A stretch of DNA of 64,000 bases from Octopus vulgaris (GCA_951406725.2 OX597816.1:23684001-23748000); one strand, 5' to 3'. Positions 12,529-25,947 are shown, counted from the first letter of the stretch. Translations and numbers: made by a program. Notes: generated from the letters alone by a model not told the origin.

Positions 12529-13466
12529 AACGTGTATGTATATATATATACATAAATGTGTATGTGTATATATAAATATATATATATATATATCAGTGTA
12601 AATACATACATGCATACGTACATACCTATATACTTACGTACATACATACATACATGCATATACATACATACATACGTACATACATGCTAAGTCTTGAAGA
12701 GTTTTGTCTAAACATCCATTCCGGTAAATAACGCCGTGAGCTATCTTCCATGCAATAATACCAGAAACAAACAATATGTCATCGAATTAGGAGCACAACA
12801 AACAGGAGCTGGAAACACACATAGATGGCGCCAATTCTAGTATTAGACAGGAAATGTCAAATATTGTATTAAATTATTTCTTTTACCTTATTTTGTTTTT
12901 TTCTTCCTCCTCATGCTGACTGGTATTTTCGTACAACACACAATTCAATTAGATGACATCGTTGTTTCGAATCAATCCCCGAGTATTTTACTAGTATTAA
13001 TTTTATTAAATGGAAATGGGGTTGTTGAAAATGAAAGACGATATTTCCTATGTTCTCGTTACCTAGTGTAGAGCTGGAGCTGAACAGAGTATTACCTGGA
13101 TTGTCAGTATTGTTATTGGACTCTGTGTTTCTATATATCACTCTTCTACATCATGTGACTTGCTCTTTTGCCAATCGTCGTTTCTCTCTCGACGTTCTCT
13201 GCTCACACATACACGCATATATACCAGATATTTAAAAAAAAAAGGAATTACATATGTGTGTGTAAGACTGAAAGTGTATTTAATTTTTCGAATTTCACGC
13301 CTTTGCGATCCTCAGGCGAGTACTCGCAAGATGACAGTGGTTTGAAATTGTAGTCGTGCGGCATACTCTCAGTTTCAGTTTCACTAAAATAAATCCGTGT
13401 TCTCTAAAACATGTATTGAGCACTCCTCTCCCATTCGTCCAATATAAACCAATGTACGTATGTATG

Positions 13467-13529
<63 letters not shown>

Positions 13530-13547
13530 TTATATATATATATTTAT

Positions 13548-13666
13548 TTATAATCACCCCGCATTATCTTATAGTTAACACCATATAGATTTCTGGTGCT
13601 TCTAAGTTAAGTACCGCATTCATGTGAATTCAACAGAACTCACTTGAATCTTAATTGGTTTTACTG

Positions 13667-13668
<2 letters not shown>
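13548..13668 (+). mobile_element. PLE 3' terminal fragment between (TA)n tracts
   Basis: Similar to the reverse complement of 29045-29145 (TATAATCACCCC...AACACCAT...TTCTGGTGC.TCTAA.TTAAG.ACC..ATTCAT.TGAAT). Confidence 0.65.
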
Positions 13669-13698
<30 letters not shown>

Positions 13699-13699
13699 A

Positions 13700-13787
<88 letters not shown>

Positions 13788-13790
<3 letters not shown>

Positions 13791-14343
13791 CCCTGATGCA
13801 GTACCAGGCAGTGGCTCTCATGGCTTCTGATCTTAACAGATTGGAAGTGTTATCATGTACATTGTTTTGTCTTGGTATAAAACATGGGCTACAGCAAATA
13901 TTCTGCTCAATACCACAGATTTGCTTGTCAGTTGCTTGACCTTAACCAGTTGAGCATGTCCCTTAGTGGCTGACGATATATGCATCTCTGATCACGAGCA
14001 GAAGTAGTGGGGGAGCATCATAACCATGTGTTGAGAGGGATTCTTTGGGGTTTGAATAATTCACCTCTGGAAACATGGGTGGTTCTTTCAACATCCTTAA
14101 ACAACCCTTATTCAGGGACCTTTTGTGCAGGATGGGCTACTCACCCTGAAGAAAATTCTAACTGGGCCCCACCTGCAAGGTCATGTGCTGTTTATCTTGA
14201 TATGAGATCACCATGTCGCGCACATATGGTTGTGATGCATGTGCCTGGAGTACCCTTATCAGACGGGTAGTCATGATGGGTATATTGGGCTTCGTATATT
14301 TTACCCCAGTGTCACTTTGATGGCATGCACTGCTCTCTCACTC

Positions 14344-14344
<1 letters not shown>
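13788..14344 (+). mobile_element. ~557-bp non-coding interspersed element flanked by (TAA)n, copy 1
   Basis: Near-identical to 38963-39519 (-) and 41345-41900 (+), with the same ends ATGCCCTGATGCAG...CTCACTCA. Orientation is assumed. Confidence 0.85.
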
Positions 14345-14394
<50 letters not shown>

Positions 14395-14572
14395 GAGTAA
14401 AATAAATTAATCAATTTATAATCAATAATCTTACCAGGTACTTCGGTATGTTAAAAGAACCATATCTTATGCCAGTAGAGTAGTATTTAATTGCTATTTC
14501 AAAATGTCGGTATGTGGTGAAACATTTTTGCTAAGCCCTGATTATAATTATGTTTATAATTATAATAATGTT

Positions 14573-14619
<47 letters not shown>

Positions 14620-14622
<3 letters not shown>

Positions 14623-15444
14623 TAAAATAGGATAAAATCTTTATAAGGAATTATCAAGTAGTTAGCGTGAAAATTCTCGTAAGAGAAAAAATCTGTAAAC
14701 TTTTTCAACTTTGAAAATACTTATTTATATTATATAGAGGGTACTATTATTCATAGGTACCGCACGCTAGGAGGGACTTTTGCAGTCAAAACTACTAAAA
14801 TAAACAAATTGTACCGAATGCAAAACTTCAAAGCGAGTCATTTAAAAACAGAATTTAGTTACATATCACCTGTGATTTCGCAATCAATGCAGAATATGCA
14901 TTCTATGCTCTTCAGTGCAACAAACTCAAGACATGTAAGAAAAAACACAACATTATTTTAGTAGTTTGGACTGCAAAAGTCCCTCCTAGCGTGCGCTACC
15001 TATGAATAATAGTACCCTCTATATAATATAAATAAGTATTTTCAAAGTTGAAAAAGTTTACAGATTTTTTCTCTTACAAGGTTTTTCACGCTAACTACTT
15101 GATAATTTCTTATAAAGAATTTATCCTATTTTTAAATTTATATTTTTCACCGGAATAGTTCAATACTGAATTTTTGTTCCGAATAAGCAAGATGTTACCG
15201 AAATGCATTGCGAAAAAGCCCGCCATTTTCATAGATATATAAAGATAAACATTCGTAGATGCTGCGGCGAATTCTACGGTTGGTTGTCGGGTATGTGATG
15301 TTGTGTTACAGGTGATATGTAACTAAATTCTGTTTTTAAATGACTCGCTTTGAAGTTTTGCATTCGGTACAATTTGTTTATTTTAGTAGTTTTGACTGCA
15401 AAAGTCTCTCCTAGCGTGCAGTACCTATGAATAATAGTACCCTC

Positions 15445-15452
<8 letters not shown>
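14620..15452. mobile_element. Penelope-like pseudo-LTR cluster: inverted ~165-bp arms around a hammerhead, plus a third partial copy
   Basis: 14620-14801 is the reverse complement of 14955-15135, and 15308-15452 is the reverse complement of about 14728-14873. Confidence 0.75.
14851..14927 (-). ncRNA. Type I hammerhead ribozyme
   Basis: Minus RNA: GAGUUUGUUGCA CUGAAGA GCA...UGC GAAA UCAC AG GUGA UA UGUAAC U AAAUUC. The core is canonical and stem I is about 12 bp with one bulge. Predicted cleavage is after AUA at 14864. Confidence 0.8.
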
Positions 15453-15478
<26 letters not shown>

Positions 15479-15503
15479 GTGTATATATATATATATATGT
15501 GTG

Positions 15504-15582
<79 letters not shown>

Positions 15583-15593
15583 GTATATATATA

Positions 15594-16106
15594 CTAGCAG
15601 TATCGCCCGGCGTTGCTCGGGTTTGTAAGGGAAATAACAATATAAGCATTTTTAGAGAGTTACTTCCCTTATAGATGTCAATTCGAGCTTTCTTAGCCAT
15701 TTCTGTTTTGGTGTCTTCAAGCCATGAAGTCGTTGTTCGAAAAGAACGCTGGTCTCCTTGACAACGCTTTACGACGTTGATTTCCTTACACTCCCTTCCC
15801 CACAGCTTCACGAGGGAGGGAAGAAGGGGGAGAAGCAAACAGGTGCAGGTGTGACCATGGACGCCAACTCCGCCGCCATCGACACACGAAAAATTATGCA
15901 TTAAAATGGAATAAAAAATGATGTTAAATTATTTTTTAAATCGTAGACTCATCGTAGACGCGCGCTAATACTCAGACGGGCTCGATATGAATCACGACTA
16001 TAAGATACCCGAATTTGGTTAAACTGCACCGCAAAATGTGGGAGTAGTTAGGAATCTAAATCGAAGGGGACAGACACTCACACAACTACAGTTTTATATA
16101 TATAGA
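15594..16106 (-). mobile_element. Non-autonomous Helitron
   Basis: Minus strand starts TC and ends with the hairpin CCCGAGCAACGCCGGG followed by CTGCTAG. It is inserted at A|T within (TA)n. Confidence 0.8.
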
Positions 16107-16128
16107 TATATATATACATATATAAATA

Positions 16129-16218
<90 letters not shown>

Positions 16219-16349
16219 TTATGCCCGGTATGTTATTTGAAACATTTGGAAGAAAGAGTTTTCAATAACCGAAGCAGAGTTTTTAATTTGTATATTTAGA
16301 TTTAGACGGAAAATATGTGTGGAGCTATGTTCATTTGCTATGCGTAAAG

Positions 16350-17020
16350 CTCGTGAGATCGTTTTCACGCATGTTGTAGTGGATAAGCGCTTCCCAGCTG
16401 CACCAAACGCAGTTCATTTTCTGGCATGGATGTAGTTCTGGCTTGGCCTGAAGTATTGCTTGCTTGTCAGGATTCAGCTATTATTTCTTCTGCTTCATAT
16501 AGACGTACAGGCATCATATTTTTCATCACCATTGACTATGAGGTTAATAAATATATTTTTGTGTCCGCGAATAACCTGCCATTGAAAGAGCAAATTGATA
16601 TTGATAGAGGAACGCCAGAGTTCGTCTCTTTTACTCAGAGCACCAATGCACCGAGTTTTCTGGACTTTACTCATCGACTGAAGGTGATTGGCAGCTGTAT
16701 CAGGATAGAATTTCATCTGCTGGGGCAACTTCTTAGTGGATTAGTGGATTAACGCGGATTCTCAAGGATAAGTTCGTTCATTCGAATTCTCATTGAATTG
16801 AGAAGGTCAGCCGGAAAGCGACGAGTCTGTAACGTCGAATTTCCCGTCCTCCAAGCACAGAACCATTTCTGTATATTTCTTTTAGTTATGGCACCTTCTC
16901 TGGACGCTGCACAAATGTTTCGCGCGGTTTCGGAAGCTCTGGAAACTTGATTGAGAGTAAAGAAAACTACGAGTCGAAAATTCTTATTGTTTTCTTCTTA
17001 GTACTCTATCGTCATAGGTC
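16350..17020 (-). pseudogene. Decayed mariner transposase, N-terminal half
   Basis: Mixed-frame motifs ETARNICAA..EGAITKRNIQKWF (HTH), HLQSMSKVQK, LIVNGDEK (first catalytic D) and AKPELHP..M.CVW. Confidence 0.75.
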
Positions 17021-17159
17021 TGGAAAGTGATCAATTTATTTTAATTTCAAAAACAATAAACAAAATTTGCAGATAAAAATAGAGTTACAAAGGAACGTAA
17101 AACGATAAATAGATTCTTCGGGTAAATTCAAATAACTGTTTCAAATTTTTCCACAAGGG

Positions 17160-17748
17160 CAGCCATTTTGAGAGAGGGAATGAGCCGATTACATCGACCC
17201 CAGTGTTTCACTGGTACGTAATTTATCAACACCCGAAAGGATGAAAGGCGAAGTCGACCTCGGCGGAATTTGAACTCAGAACGTAACGACGGTCGAAATA
17301 CCGCTAAGCATTTTGCCTGTCATGCTAACGATTCTTATTTCTTTATTGCCCACAAGGGGCTAAACACAGAGGGGACAAACAAGGACAGACAAAGGGATTA
17401 AGTCGATTACATAGACCCCAGTGCGAAACTGGTACTTAATTTATAGACCCAGAAAAGATGAAAGCAAAGTCGACCTCGGCGGAATTTGAACTCAGAACGT
17501 AAAGACAGACGAAATACCTATTTCTTTACTACCCACAAGAAGCTAAACACAAAGCGGACAAACAAGGACAGACAGACGGATTAAGTCGATTATATCGATC
17601 CCAGTGCGTAACTGGTAGTTAATTTATAGACCCAGAAAAGATGAAAGCAAAGTCGACCTCGGCGGAATTTGAACTCAGAACGTAGCGGCGGACGAAATAC
17701 CGCTAAGCATTTCGCCCGTCGGACTAACGATTCTGCCAGCTCGCCGCC
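17160..17748 (-). mobile_element. SINE family A trimer
   Basis: Three bodies showing both recurrent junction types. Further family A copies lie at about 2620-2780, 8168-8380, 18240-18450, 31672-31880, 34980-35670, 39808-39990, 42535-42950, 49640-49830, 50635-51030 and 53289-53840. Confidence 0.85.
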
Positions 17749-18590
17749 TTCGTGTCCATTCAAATAGCACTGGAAAGAAACGAACAAATGTTATCTGGCA
17801 TCCGAATATGTACATATGAGCCGTTTCTTTCTTTTTTGAAGTAGTTTTATCAATGTTAAACCATGCAATATCAATAGATTCACCACACCTTTCTTTCGCC
17901 AAAAGTGATTCGAGAGTAATGAAGTGTTTTTCTGTGTTGATCTTTGAAAACGATCATAAACCATTATGATCGGTTCTTAAATGTATTTTTTCGTCAATTT
18001 CTCTGTTCATCATGACTAAGATGTTTTAAGATTGAAATATCACAAGAAAAAGTAAAACTCCTTTGTTACATGTTGCTCTTTTTTTCTTTTATTTTTTGTT
18101 TCGTTTAATGCTTTTGTTATTTATTCAAATACAGGTTCACAATGCTTCAAACGTTTTGACGTAAATGTATGGAAATATATGCGTGTGCATTTGTACGTGT
18201 GCCATTGTATATGTGTCTGTATTATGTGTTTATGTACAAAGGCAGCGAGCTGCCGAAATCGTCAAGACAACGGACAGAAAAATTAGCGGTATTTCGTCCG
18301 TTTTTACATTCTGAGTTCAAATCCACCGAAGTCGACTTTGACTTTCATGATTTTGGGGTCGACGAAATAAGTAACAACTAGGAAATGGAGTCGATGTAAT
18401 TGATTTCCCCCTTCCCTCAAAAATCAGGCTTGATGCCTATAATAGAAAGGATTATATATGTATGCATGCATGTATGTCATTATTCAGCTTTTTTTTTCAA
18501 GATTTCTTGCCTGTAGAGAAAGAACCGGTTTCTAACCTAGAAATAAGTTTCCTTCATTGGAATTTCAACATCAAAAACAGGGTATTTTTG

Positions 18591-18622
<32 letters not shown>

Positions 18623-18671
18623 TGTATGTATGTATGTATGTATTATGTATGTATGTATGTATGTATGTATA

Positions 18672-19130
18672 TTTGAGAAATCTCGAGTTGCGCATGAGAA
18701 AGTAAGGAGGGATGTCAGGAAGAGCATCGCTGTTACACTTCCAGATGGGAAGGGTCTTCCTATGATGCTGACATGCAGTGTCTGTGCAAGACCCTGCCTC
18801 AGTAAAGCTGGACTCAACAGTCATCTTCGTAGTCATAAAGCGAGACAGATGAATGACAACCTGGCCACTGGCGGTAATGTTACACACCATACTCATCATA
18901 TCTGTCAGACATGTGGAAGAGAGTGTCATTCGGCAGGAGGACTTAAACGACATGCAAAGGTACATGAAGCCCAGATACAACTACAGCCGGCTATTGCCGC
19001 TAAATGTTTTAGCTGCCAATTCTGTACAAGATCTTTAGCTGGGCTAAAAAGTCACATTCGATCACAGCACCAATAACAGTTAAGCTTCGTGCAATGGCCA
19101 TACTCGATAACGAGGCGGCAGCCATCATGT
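18672..19130 (+). mobile_element. 3' end of an RTE-clade LINE: ORF C-terminus with three C2H2-type fingers and a short 3' UTR
   Basis: FEKSRVAHEKVRRDVRK, then CSVCARPCLSKAGLNSHLRSH, CQTCGRECHSAGGLKRHAKVH and CQFCTRSLAGLKSHIRSQH (the third is shortened). The stop is at 19076 and both flanks are (TATG)n. Confidence 0.75.
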
Positions 19131-20019
19131 ACGTATGTGTGTGTGTGTGTGTTTGTATGTATGTATGTATGTATGTATGTATGTGTGTATGTATGTATGT
19201 ATGTATGTATGTATGTATGTATGTATGTATGTATGTATGTATGTATGTATGTATGTATGTATGTATGTATGTACAGAGTTGTATGTTTTATATATGTATT
19301 CTCATGCATATAGTTACATATCTAGACATGCTCATATATATTTAAATGATAAACTTCTGGAAAATTTTACAGATTTTTACAGTTCCAATGATAGATTGGA
19401 TCTTTAGTCTTCGAATTAGCTTCCTCCTTTCTGGTTTTGAGAAGCCTAATTTCTCAAGATTGGTATTTAAGCAGTGTGTTACATATCCCAGGGCCCCAAT
19501 AATTACAGGTGTAAACCCGAACTTGTAATCTGGATAGAGTAACTACAGATTTCTCAATAGTTCAGCACAGGTATTCTCTTTTTCACTAATCTTCAGCTTT
19601 ATGTTAACATCCGCTGGGCAGCTAATTTCCACAACTGTGCAAAAAAAAATTATATGTATGTATCTATGTCTGTGTGTATGTATGAGTGTATGTATATGTG
19701 TTTGTATGTATGTATGTATGTATGTATGTATGTATGTATGTATGTATGTATGTATGTATGCATGTATGTATGTATGCATGTGTGTATTTGAGTGATTCCC
19801 CTATAATCCATAAAGTTTTAAACCATATTTAGACAAATTTATATAAATAGGCGTAGGAGTGGCTGTGTGGTAAGCAGCTTGCTTACCAACCACATGGTTC
19901 CGGGTTCAGTCCCACCTCTCGGCACCTTGGGCAAGTATCTTCTACTATAGCCTCTTTCTTTTATTGAAATCAAAACTAGAAGTTTGACTCGAGTTTCATG
20001 CGACTGCGATGTTCAAGCA

Positions 20020-20072
<53 letters not shown>

Positions 20073-20096
20073 TGCGAGTGTATATATATTTCTCCT

Positions 20097-20151
<55 letters not shown>

Positions 20152-21959
20152 ATATAAATAACATATATGTATATACAGATAATATATATATATAAATAAT
20201 ATATATATGAATAATATATATACAAATGTACATATCTATACATCCATACATATATATACATATATATACATATATACATACATATATATATATATATATA
20301 CATACATATACATATATATACATACATAGATGCATACATATATATATACATATACATACACATATATATACATATACATACATGCATATATATACATATA
20401 CATACATACATATATATACATATTCATACACATATATATACATATAAATACATACATATATATATATACATTGGAGCTTTAGAATTCTTATGTCAACAAT
20501 TTCTATATGGGTGTGCGTGCGTATGTACATTTGTATAGGTGCGTATGCTTAGTTCTCACACTGATTTATAACTCTTTTAACTGCATTACTTAAAATCAGA
20601 TGCCTTCTAAATCTGTTTATAACACTCAACTGCAATTTTTAATTTATTTTTCAAAGTAGGTCACACTGAGAAAATTTAAAAGACTCAAATTTCTTTATCA
20701 TTATTTTTATCGAAACATTTAAAGAAGTATAATAGGAAAGCTTTGATTGCTTGACTTTGTCATTATTGCTGTTTAAATTTTTTTTAACCGAGGTTGTCAT
20801 TTTTTTTCTTAATTTTCCTTTAACTAATTAACTAACGTTTTTTTGTTAAGAAACTACACGTCGGTTAGTAGTAGTTTTATTTATACTTTTTGTGATACTT
20901 TTTGTGCATTTTTTTCCTCTGTCAACCATTTGGTAAATAAAAAAAAGAAGAAACAAGAACCAAACAAAGAAACGAGACAGAAAAACTAATCAATAGTAAT
21001 TCTTTCTGTATAGCTTTGCGATAAAATGGATTGGGATTGAAGTTAACTATCTGGAGTATTACTAACCGAATTTTACCGGCAAAACAAGAACCTTTGAAAA
21101 GTTTTGCAATCATAGATAAAAATAAACTAAAATAAATAAAAACAAACTTTAAACAAAAGATCAACAAAAAGCATATATGAATAAAGTATTCGCAGCAATC
21201 TACAAAGAATGGTAAATTGATTAGTTTTCACTCGTTCACTGCGTGGTTACTTTTTTTTTCTTTCTTTGTAAGAATTTTTGTGCAGGGGTGGTGAGGGGGT
21301 TAAAAGATTTTATGTTGATTTTTTTTTTTGTTTCTTTTATTTACATTTTTATTTTTCGGGTAATCTTTCATTGCTTCTTTCATTGTCGTTGTTCTTGTTG
21401 TAGCTGTAGTAGCTGCTGTTGTTCTTATGGTTATGTCTTTTGATTCAATTTCTATTTCAAAAAAGGAAGAAAGGAAAAACGAAGATGGAAGAAGAGAAAA
21501 TACAAAACGAGAACTTCTGATTTTCTTTTATTCTTTTATATTATGGCTATTGTTTTTGCTTTTTGTAGTTCTTCAACATCATAAATGATATTACTGGACA
21601 TTTTAAGGGTTGTTTTTTTTAATATTTTTAATCATGACATAGAGTTTGTTATTTTAATGTTTCTATATATTTCTTATCACATGGCTCCTATTCTTGTTTA
21701 TTTTTCTGTTATTATTATTGTTTTTCTTGTTTTTCTTGTTGCTAACATTATTTAGAAGAGATCGATTGTATTGTTTCTTCTGTTTTGCCACTGTTTGCTG
21801 CCGTTCTCAAGATTGCTTTCGTCGTTATAGTGTTGTTTGTTGACTTTATCACTTGTAAAGAAACAACTTCTTTCATTATAATAAATTTGAAGAAAAATAA
21901 TACCGAAGATAATTCTGCGTATAAAACACATGAATATGAGTAGACATAATTAGATACTT

Positions 21960-22275
21960 AAGAACGTCGATATATGTTGGATGATGCTACTTTTCCAAGG
22001 ACGTTTTATAAAGAGTTGCCTTTATACCAATAGAAAATACTGAGAGAAACTATATGGATCTAACTGCAAATGACTATAAAGAACGTTGTAGTCAATATCC
22101 AAGCTTCTTCAAATCCAGAGACAAGAGTAACTCCACATACTACTCCATTTTATTTGGACGTTTAAAGAGCATGGACCATACGGTTCCGCAATAATCTACG
22201 TAGTATTCACAGGGCTTTGCATATTTCAGTACATCACATGATTTCTGGTTTTGCTTGACTGAAAACTGCTCAACC
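21960..22275 (+). pseudogene. Decayed PLE GIY-YIG fragment
   Basis: ERNYMDLTANDYKERCSQYPSFFKSRDKSNST...IWTFKEHG...CLTE resembles YIGLTxxxFKxRYxxHxSSF...NSTxLSxxIWxLK...CxLCxxE. Confidence 0.65.
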
Positions 22276-23352
22276 TGAAGAAACTCTGGTATTGTTCAAA
22301 AACGAATCTTCACAAATGATTCTTTGTATTGACTCGTTTCCAACAAACTGATCCGGAAGTAATTCGAGAAAGAAACAGAATTGTCTCCTTAACGAATGAT
22401 AGTTTATCTTGCTAGTGACTATGAGACTTACAATGGCTTTCCAAAGCCAGCAATTAACTTGCTTTTTTCTTTTCTTTTTGCAGACACGACATTCATATTC
22501 ATATTGGTTGATTACTCTGTACAGCACCTTGATTATATATTTTCATGTTCCTTTTGAGTAGAGTCCAGATCGGCTGGACGATTCTTTGCTACATAAATCA
22601 CATATAAATTGCTTGCATTCAACTTGAAACTTTTCAGTGTGTTTGCGTATATGACTTGTGAAGCCAGTTCTGGAGATGTAAACTCGTTCTCATTCGTCAC
22701 ACGTATATATATACATACACACATACGTAAGAACGTATACATATGTGTGCCTATACATATGTATACACTATTACATATACATATGCACATACTAATATAC
22801 TCGTAGATACTAATATCAATACATTCTTATCGCCCATCCCTACTTTAATGCTAATGTGCGTTTACGAATCCATTAACATGAATTCGTGGAGTTCCAAATA
22901 AGTGTGTGAACGCAATTTTGCAAATGAATAGGCGCAGGCGTGTTTGTGTGGTAAGAATTTTGTTTCCCAACCACACAGCTCTGTATTCAATACCACAGCG
23001 TGACACCTTGACTCTTTTACTCTTTTATTTCTTTCAGTCATGTGACTGTGGCCATGCTGGAGCACCGCCTTTAGTCGAGCAAATCGACCCCAGGACTTAT
23101 TCTTTGTAAGCCTAGCACTTATTCTATCGGTGTCTTTTGGCGAACCGCTAACTTACGGGAACGTAAACACACCAGCATCGGTTGTCAAGCGATGTTGGTA
23201 GGGACAAACAGACACACAAACATACACACATATATATATATAAGCACATATACGATGGGCTTCTTTCAGTTTCCGTCTATCAAATCCGCAAAGGTAATAT
23301 TAGGGGTCCGTGAACTAAATTCATTATTTCGTATATATATATATATATATAT

Positions 23353-23713
23353 ATCGAAGTCGGATGTAGAGAATTCGTTGAACACAGTGTGAGGCGACTG
23401 TTGTTATCGTCAGGCCTAACTCATCGTAAAGTAAATACCACCATGACCGATATCCAAACTACAGTGGAAAAGGCTAGCCACTGGATTTGGTTAAAAAGAG
23501 ACGATGAGGGATGACTGGAAGAATATTGAGCTATATTTGATAACCAGTTAAAGTGGCAAGTGGGGCCTCATATCAGTGAAGGGGGCGGAACACAATGATG
23601 CCGTTGAGAATTAGGACCCGAAACGGTGCACGCTTTTCTCCTGATGACCCCATAGACATGCTGGCTTCCGGTATGCGGAACTTTCGACTGGTAGCACAAG
23701 TTGTTTACAAAGC
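23353..23713 (+). mobile_element. 3' end of a HERO-like (R2-group, RLE) non-LTR retrotransposon
   Basis: IEVGCREFVEHSVRRLLLSSGLTHRKVNTTMTDIQTTVEKASHWIWLKR matches EVGCRGF...AEKASxWxWxKR. It is followed by about 190 nt of UTR and has (TA)n on both sides. Confidence 0.75.
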
Positions 23714-23791
<78 letters not shown>

Positions 23792-23794
<3 letters not shown>

Positions 23795-24019
23795 CGCAGG
23801 AGTGACTGTGTGGTAAGTATAGGCGCAGGAGTGGTTGTGTGGTAAGTAGCTTGCTTATCAACCACATGGTTCTGGGTTCAGTCCCACTGCGTGACACCTA
23901 GTGCAAGTGTCTTCTACTATAGCCTCGGGCCGACCAAAGCCTTGTCAGTGGATTTGGTAGACGGAAACTGAAAGAAGCCCGTCGTATATATGCATATATG
24001 CGTGTGTTGTGTATGTGCG

Positions 24020-24092
<73 letters not shown>

Positions 24093-24275
24093 TGTGTCCA
24101 ACATCACTTGACAACCGATGCTGGTATGTTTACGTCCCCGTAACTTAGCGGTTCGGCAAAAGACACCGATAGAATTAATACCAGGCTTCCAAAAAATAAG
24201 TACAGGGGGCCGATTTGCTCGACTAAAGGCGGTGCTTCAGCATGGCTGCAGTCAAATGACTGAAACAAGTAAAAG
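23792..24275 (+). mobile_element. SINE family B with duplicated 5' head
   Basis: AGGCGCAGGAGTG.CTGTGTGGTAAGTA occurs twice, followed by the full body with an internal (TG)n. Confidence 0.85.
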
Positions 24276-24367
24276 AATATATATATAATGATTGGCATAT
24301 TAAAAGGGGTCCGTGAGAAAACTCATTTAAATAAATGGGTTGGGAACCACTAACAAAAACAAATATC

Positions 24368-24706
24368 GGCGCTACTTAGTCGTGTGAACTTCAACTTAAA
24401 GGGCGATTACTTTAGGTTATTTTTTAGTTTATTTTCCAGTTTCTAAAATTGCTTAGGATGTTGCCTAAAGATTTTTTACAATAAATTCTTTTGCACATAT
24501 TTAGCATTGTAAATGTATGTTTTCAAACTTTTCTACTATTTTAATAATAATAAAACCATGTTTCATTTATGTCTCAGTAAATAATAATAAGAAACCAAGT
24601 ATAAAGAATATGATAATTAAAATAAGCGCACAGATCACACAAATTTGGCAGATTACCCTAGAGTAATCGCCCTTGAAGTTTTAGATCACACACCAAAGTA
24701 GCACCC
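24368..24706. mobile_element. MITE-like element with ~52-bp imperfect terminal inverted repeats
   Basis: Left arm GGCGCTACTTAGTCGTGTGAACTTCAACTTAAAGGGCGATTACTTTAGG versus reverse complement of the right arm GGTGCTACTTTGGTGTGTGATCTAAAACTTCAAGGGCGATTACTCTAGG. The interior is AT-rich. Confidence 0.65.
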
Positions 24707-25735
24707 AAATATCTATATTGAAGTCACATGTTCTATTTGAACATTTATATACAAAATTTTAATTGTCAACTGACTCAATTTCGGATTTCATTGTCCCGTC
24801 TTATTAACGTTACTACTTCGAAGTGTGGTGGATCTGAAAGTTAAGAAATGGCGTCCATTTGAATGCAAGTATAATCTAAAATGTAAGTACATTTTGTACG
24901 CCTTATCCTTATAGGCTCAGTTCAAAATTTCAGTACTGAATCCTTAACAAAAGTAATCTCCATTGCTTCTGACGTGCATAAATCACAAAAGCTGCTGTTA
25001 TTAGTATCATTAAGATTTTGCCTTTGACGAAATTTTCCATTGGATGTCGTGCGAATGTTTTTATCATCCAGAGTTCAGATATACGTCGAAAGTGATGTTA
25101 TATCCCTTCTAGCCAGGTTTCGAAAGGAATGAATTTGGGCGTGATAAAATTTACTTACTGTTAAAGCTACATATCATTGAAATTTACTTGCTGTTAAAAT
25201 TACAAATCATTTAATAGTAGCGTGGGTGGTAACTATAAATTTATACTTAATGATATTGATTAGGTAATTTTCTTCTAAATGACAATTATTCTTTGAACAC
25301 AAATACAATTTGCATAATAGCTACTACCAAAATAATTAATACTTGCATAAATGCTCGTATATTAGTTTATTTCGTTAATTTTTTTACACATAAATATACA
25401 CAAACAATTATTTGAGTGTCAACAATGAGTTAAGTTAAGCCTAATTTATTATAATCTAATGTTCTTTATTTAATTACATATTTATTTCCTGCATATTATT
25501 CATATATTTAAATAGTTGCATATTTATTATACTCTTGTGTATGCATATTTAAATATTAATTACGAAACATATGTATGTTTTACTTAATATGAAGCGATGT
25601 CATTTGATTAACCTAATTAGTTCTATATCCTTGATTCCTTATGTTAGAACTGTTATAAATAAAAAAAATTCGTTTGAAACACTGGAATCGATAATATAAA
25701 ATAATTCAACTGCACTAAGAGATTCGAGTTATTCT

Positions 25736-25786
25736 ATTTCCGAAGAGCTGTGAGGTAGCGAAAGCTGAGAATTTTTAGCTAAAACA
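25736..25786 (+). ncRNA. Type I hammerhead-like motif (U4C, weak stem I)
   Basis: UUU CCGAAGA GCU GUGAGGU AGC GAAA GCUGAGA AU UUUUAGC UA AAA. Stems II and III are well formed but stem I has only 3 A-U pairs. Confidence 0.5.
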
Positions 25787-25901
25787 TTAAATATGTAAAA
25801 TACAAATGTGTATGTGTTTGGATATTTATTTATAGAGAGAGAAAGACAAGAGATTAATATATGTTGAACTATAAATACATGCACTCACTCGTACGTATGT
25901 A

Positions 25902-25947
<46 letters not shown>

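Noticed and set aside
13284-13327. Minus-strand CUGAGGA-CGC/GCG-GAAA hammerhead-like core
   Set aside because: No UH triplet or stem I can be formed. At best it is a truncated relic.
18462-19076. Host C2H2 zinc-finger gene
   Set aside because: The N-terminus is microsatellite, there are no TGEKP linkers, and the context fits an RTE 3' end.
22553-22590. GTCCAG/CTGGAC hairpin downstream of the decayed GIY-YIG as a hammerhead
   Set aside because: The position is suggestive but both core strands are degenerate.
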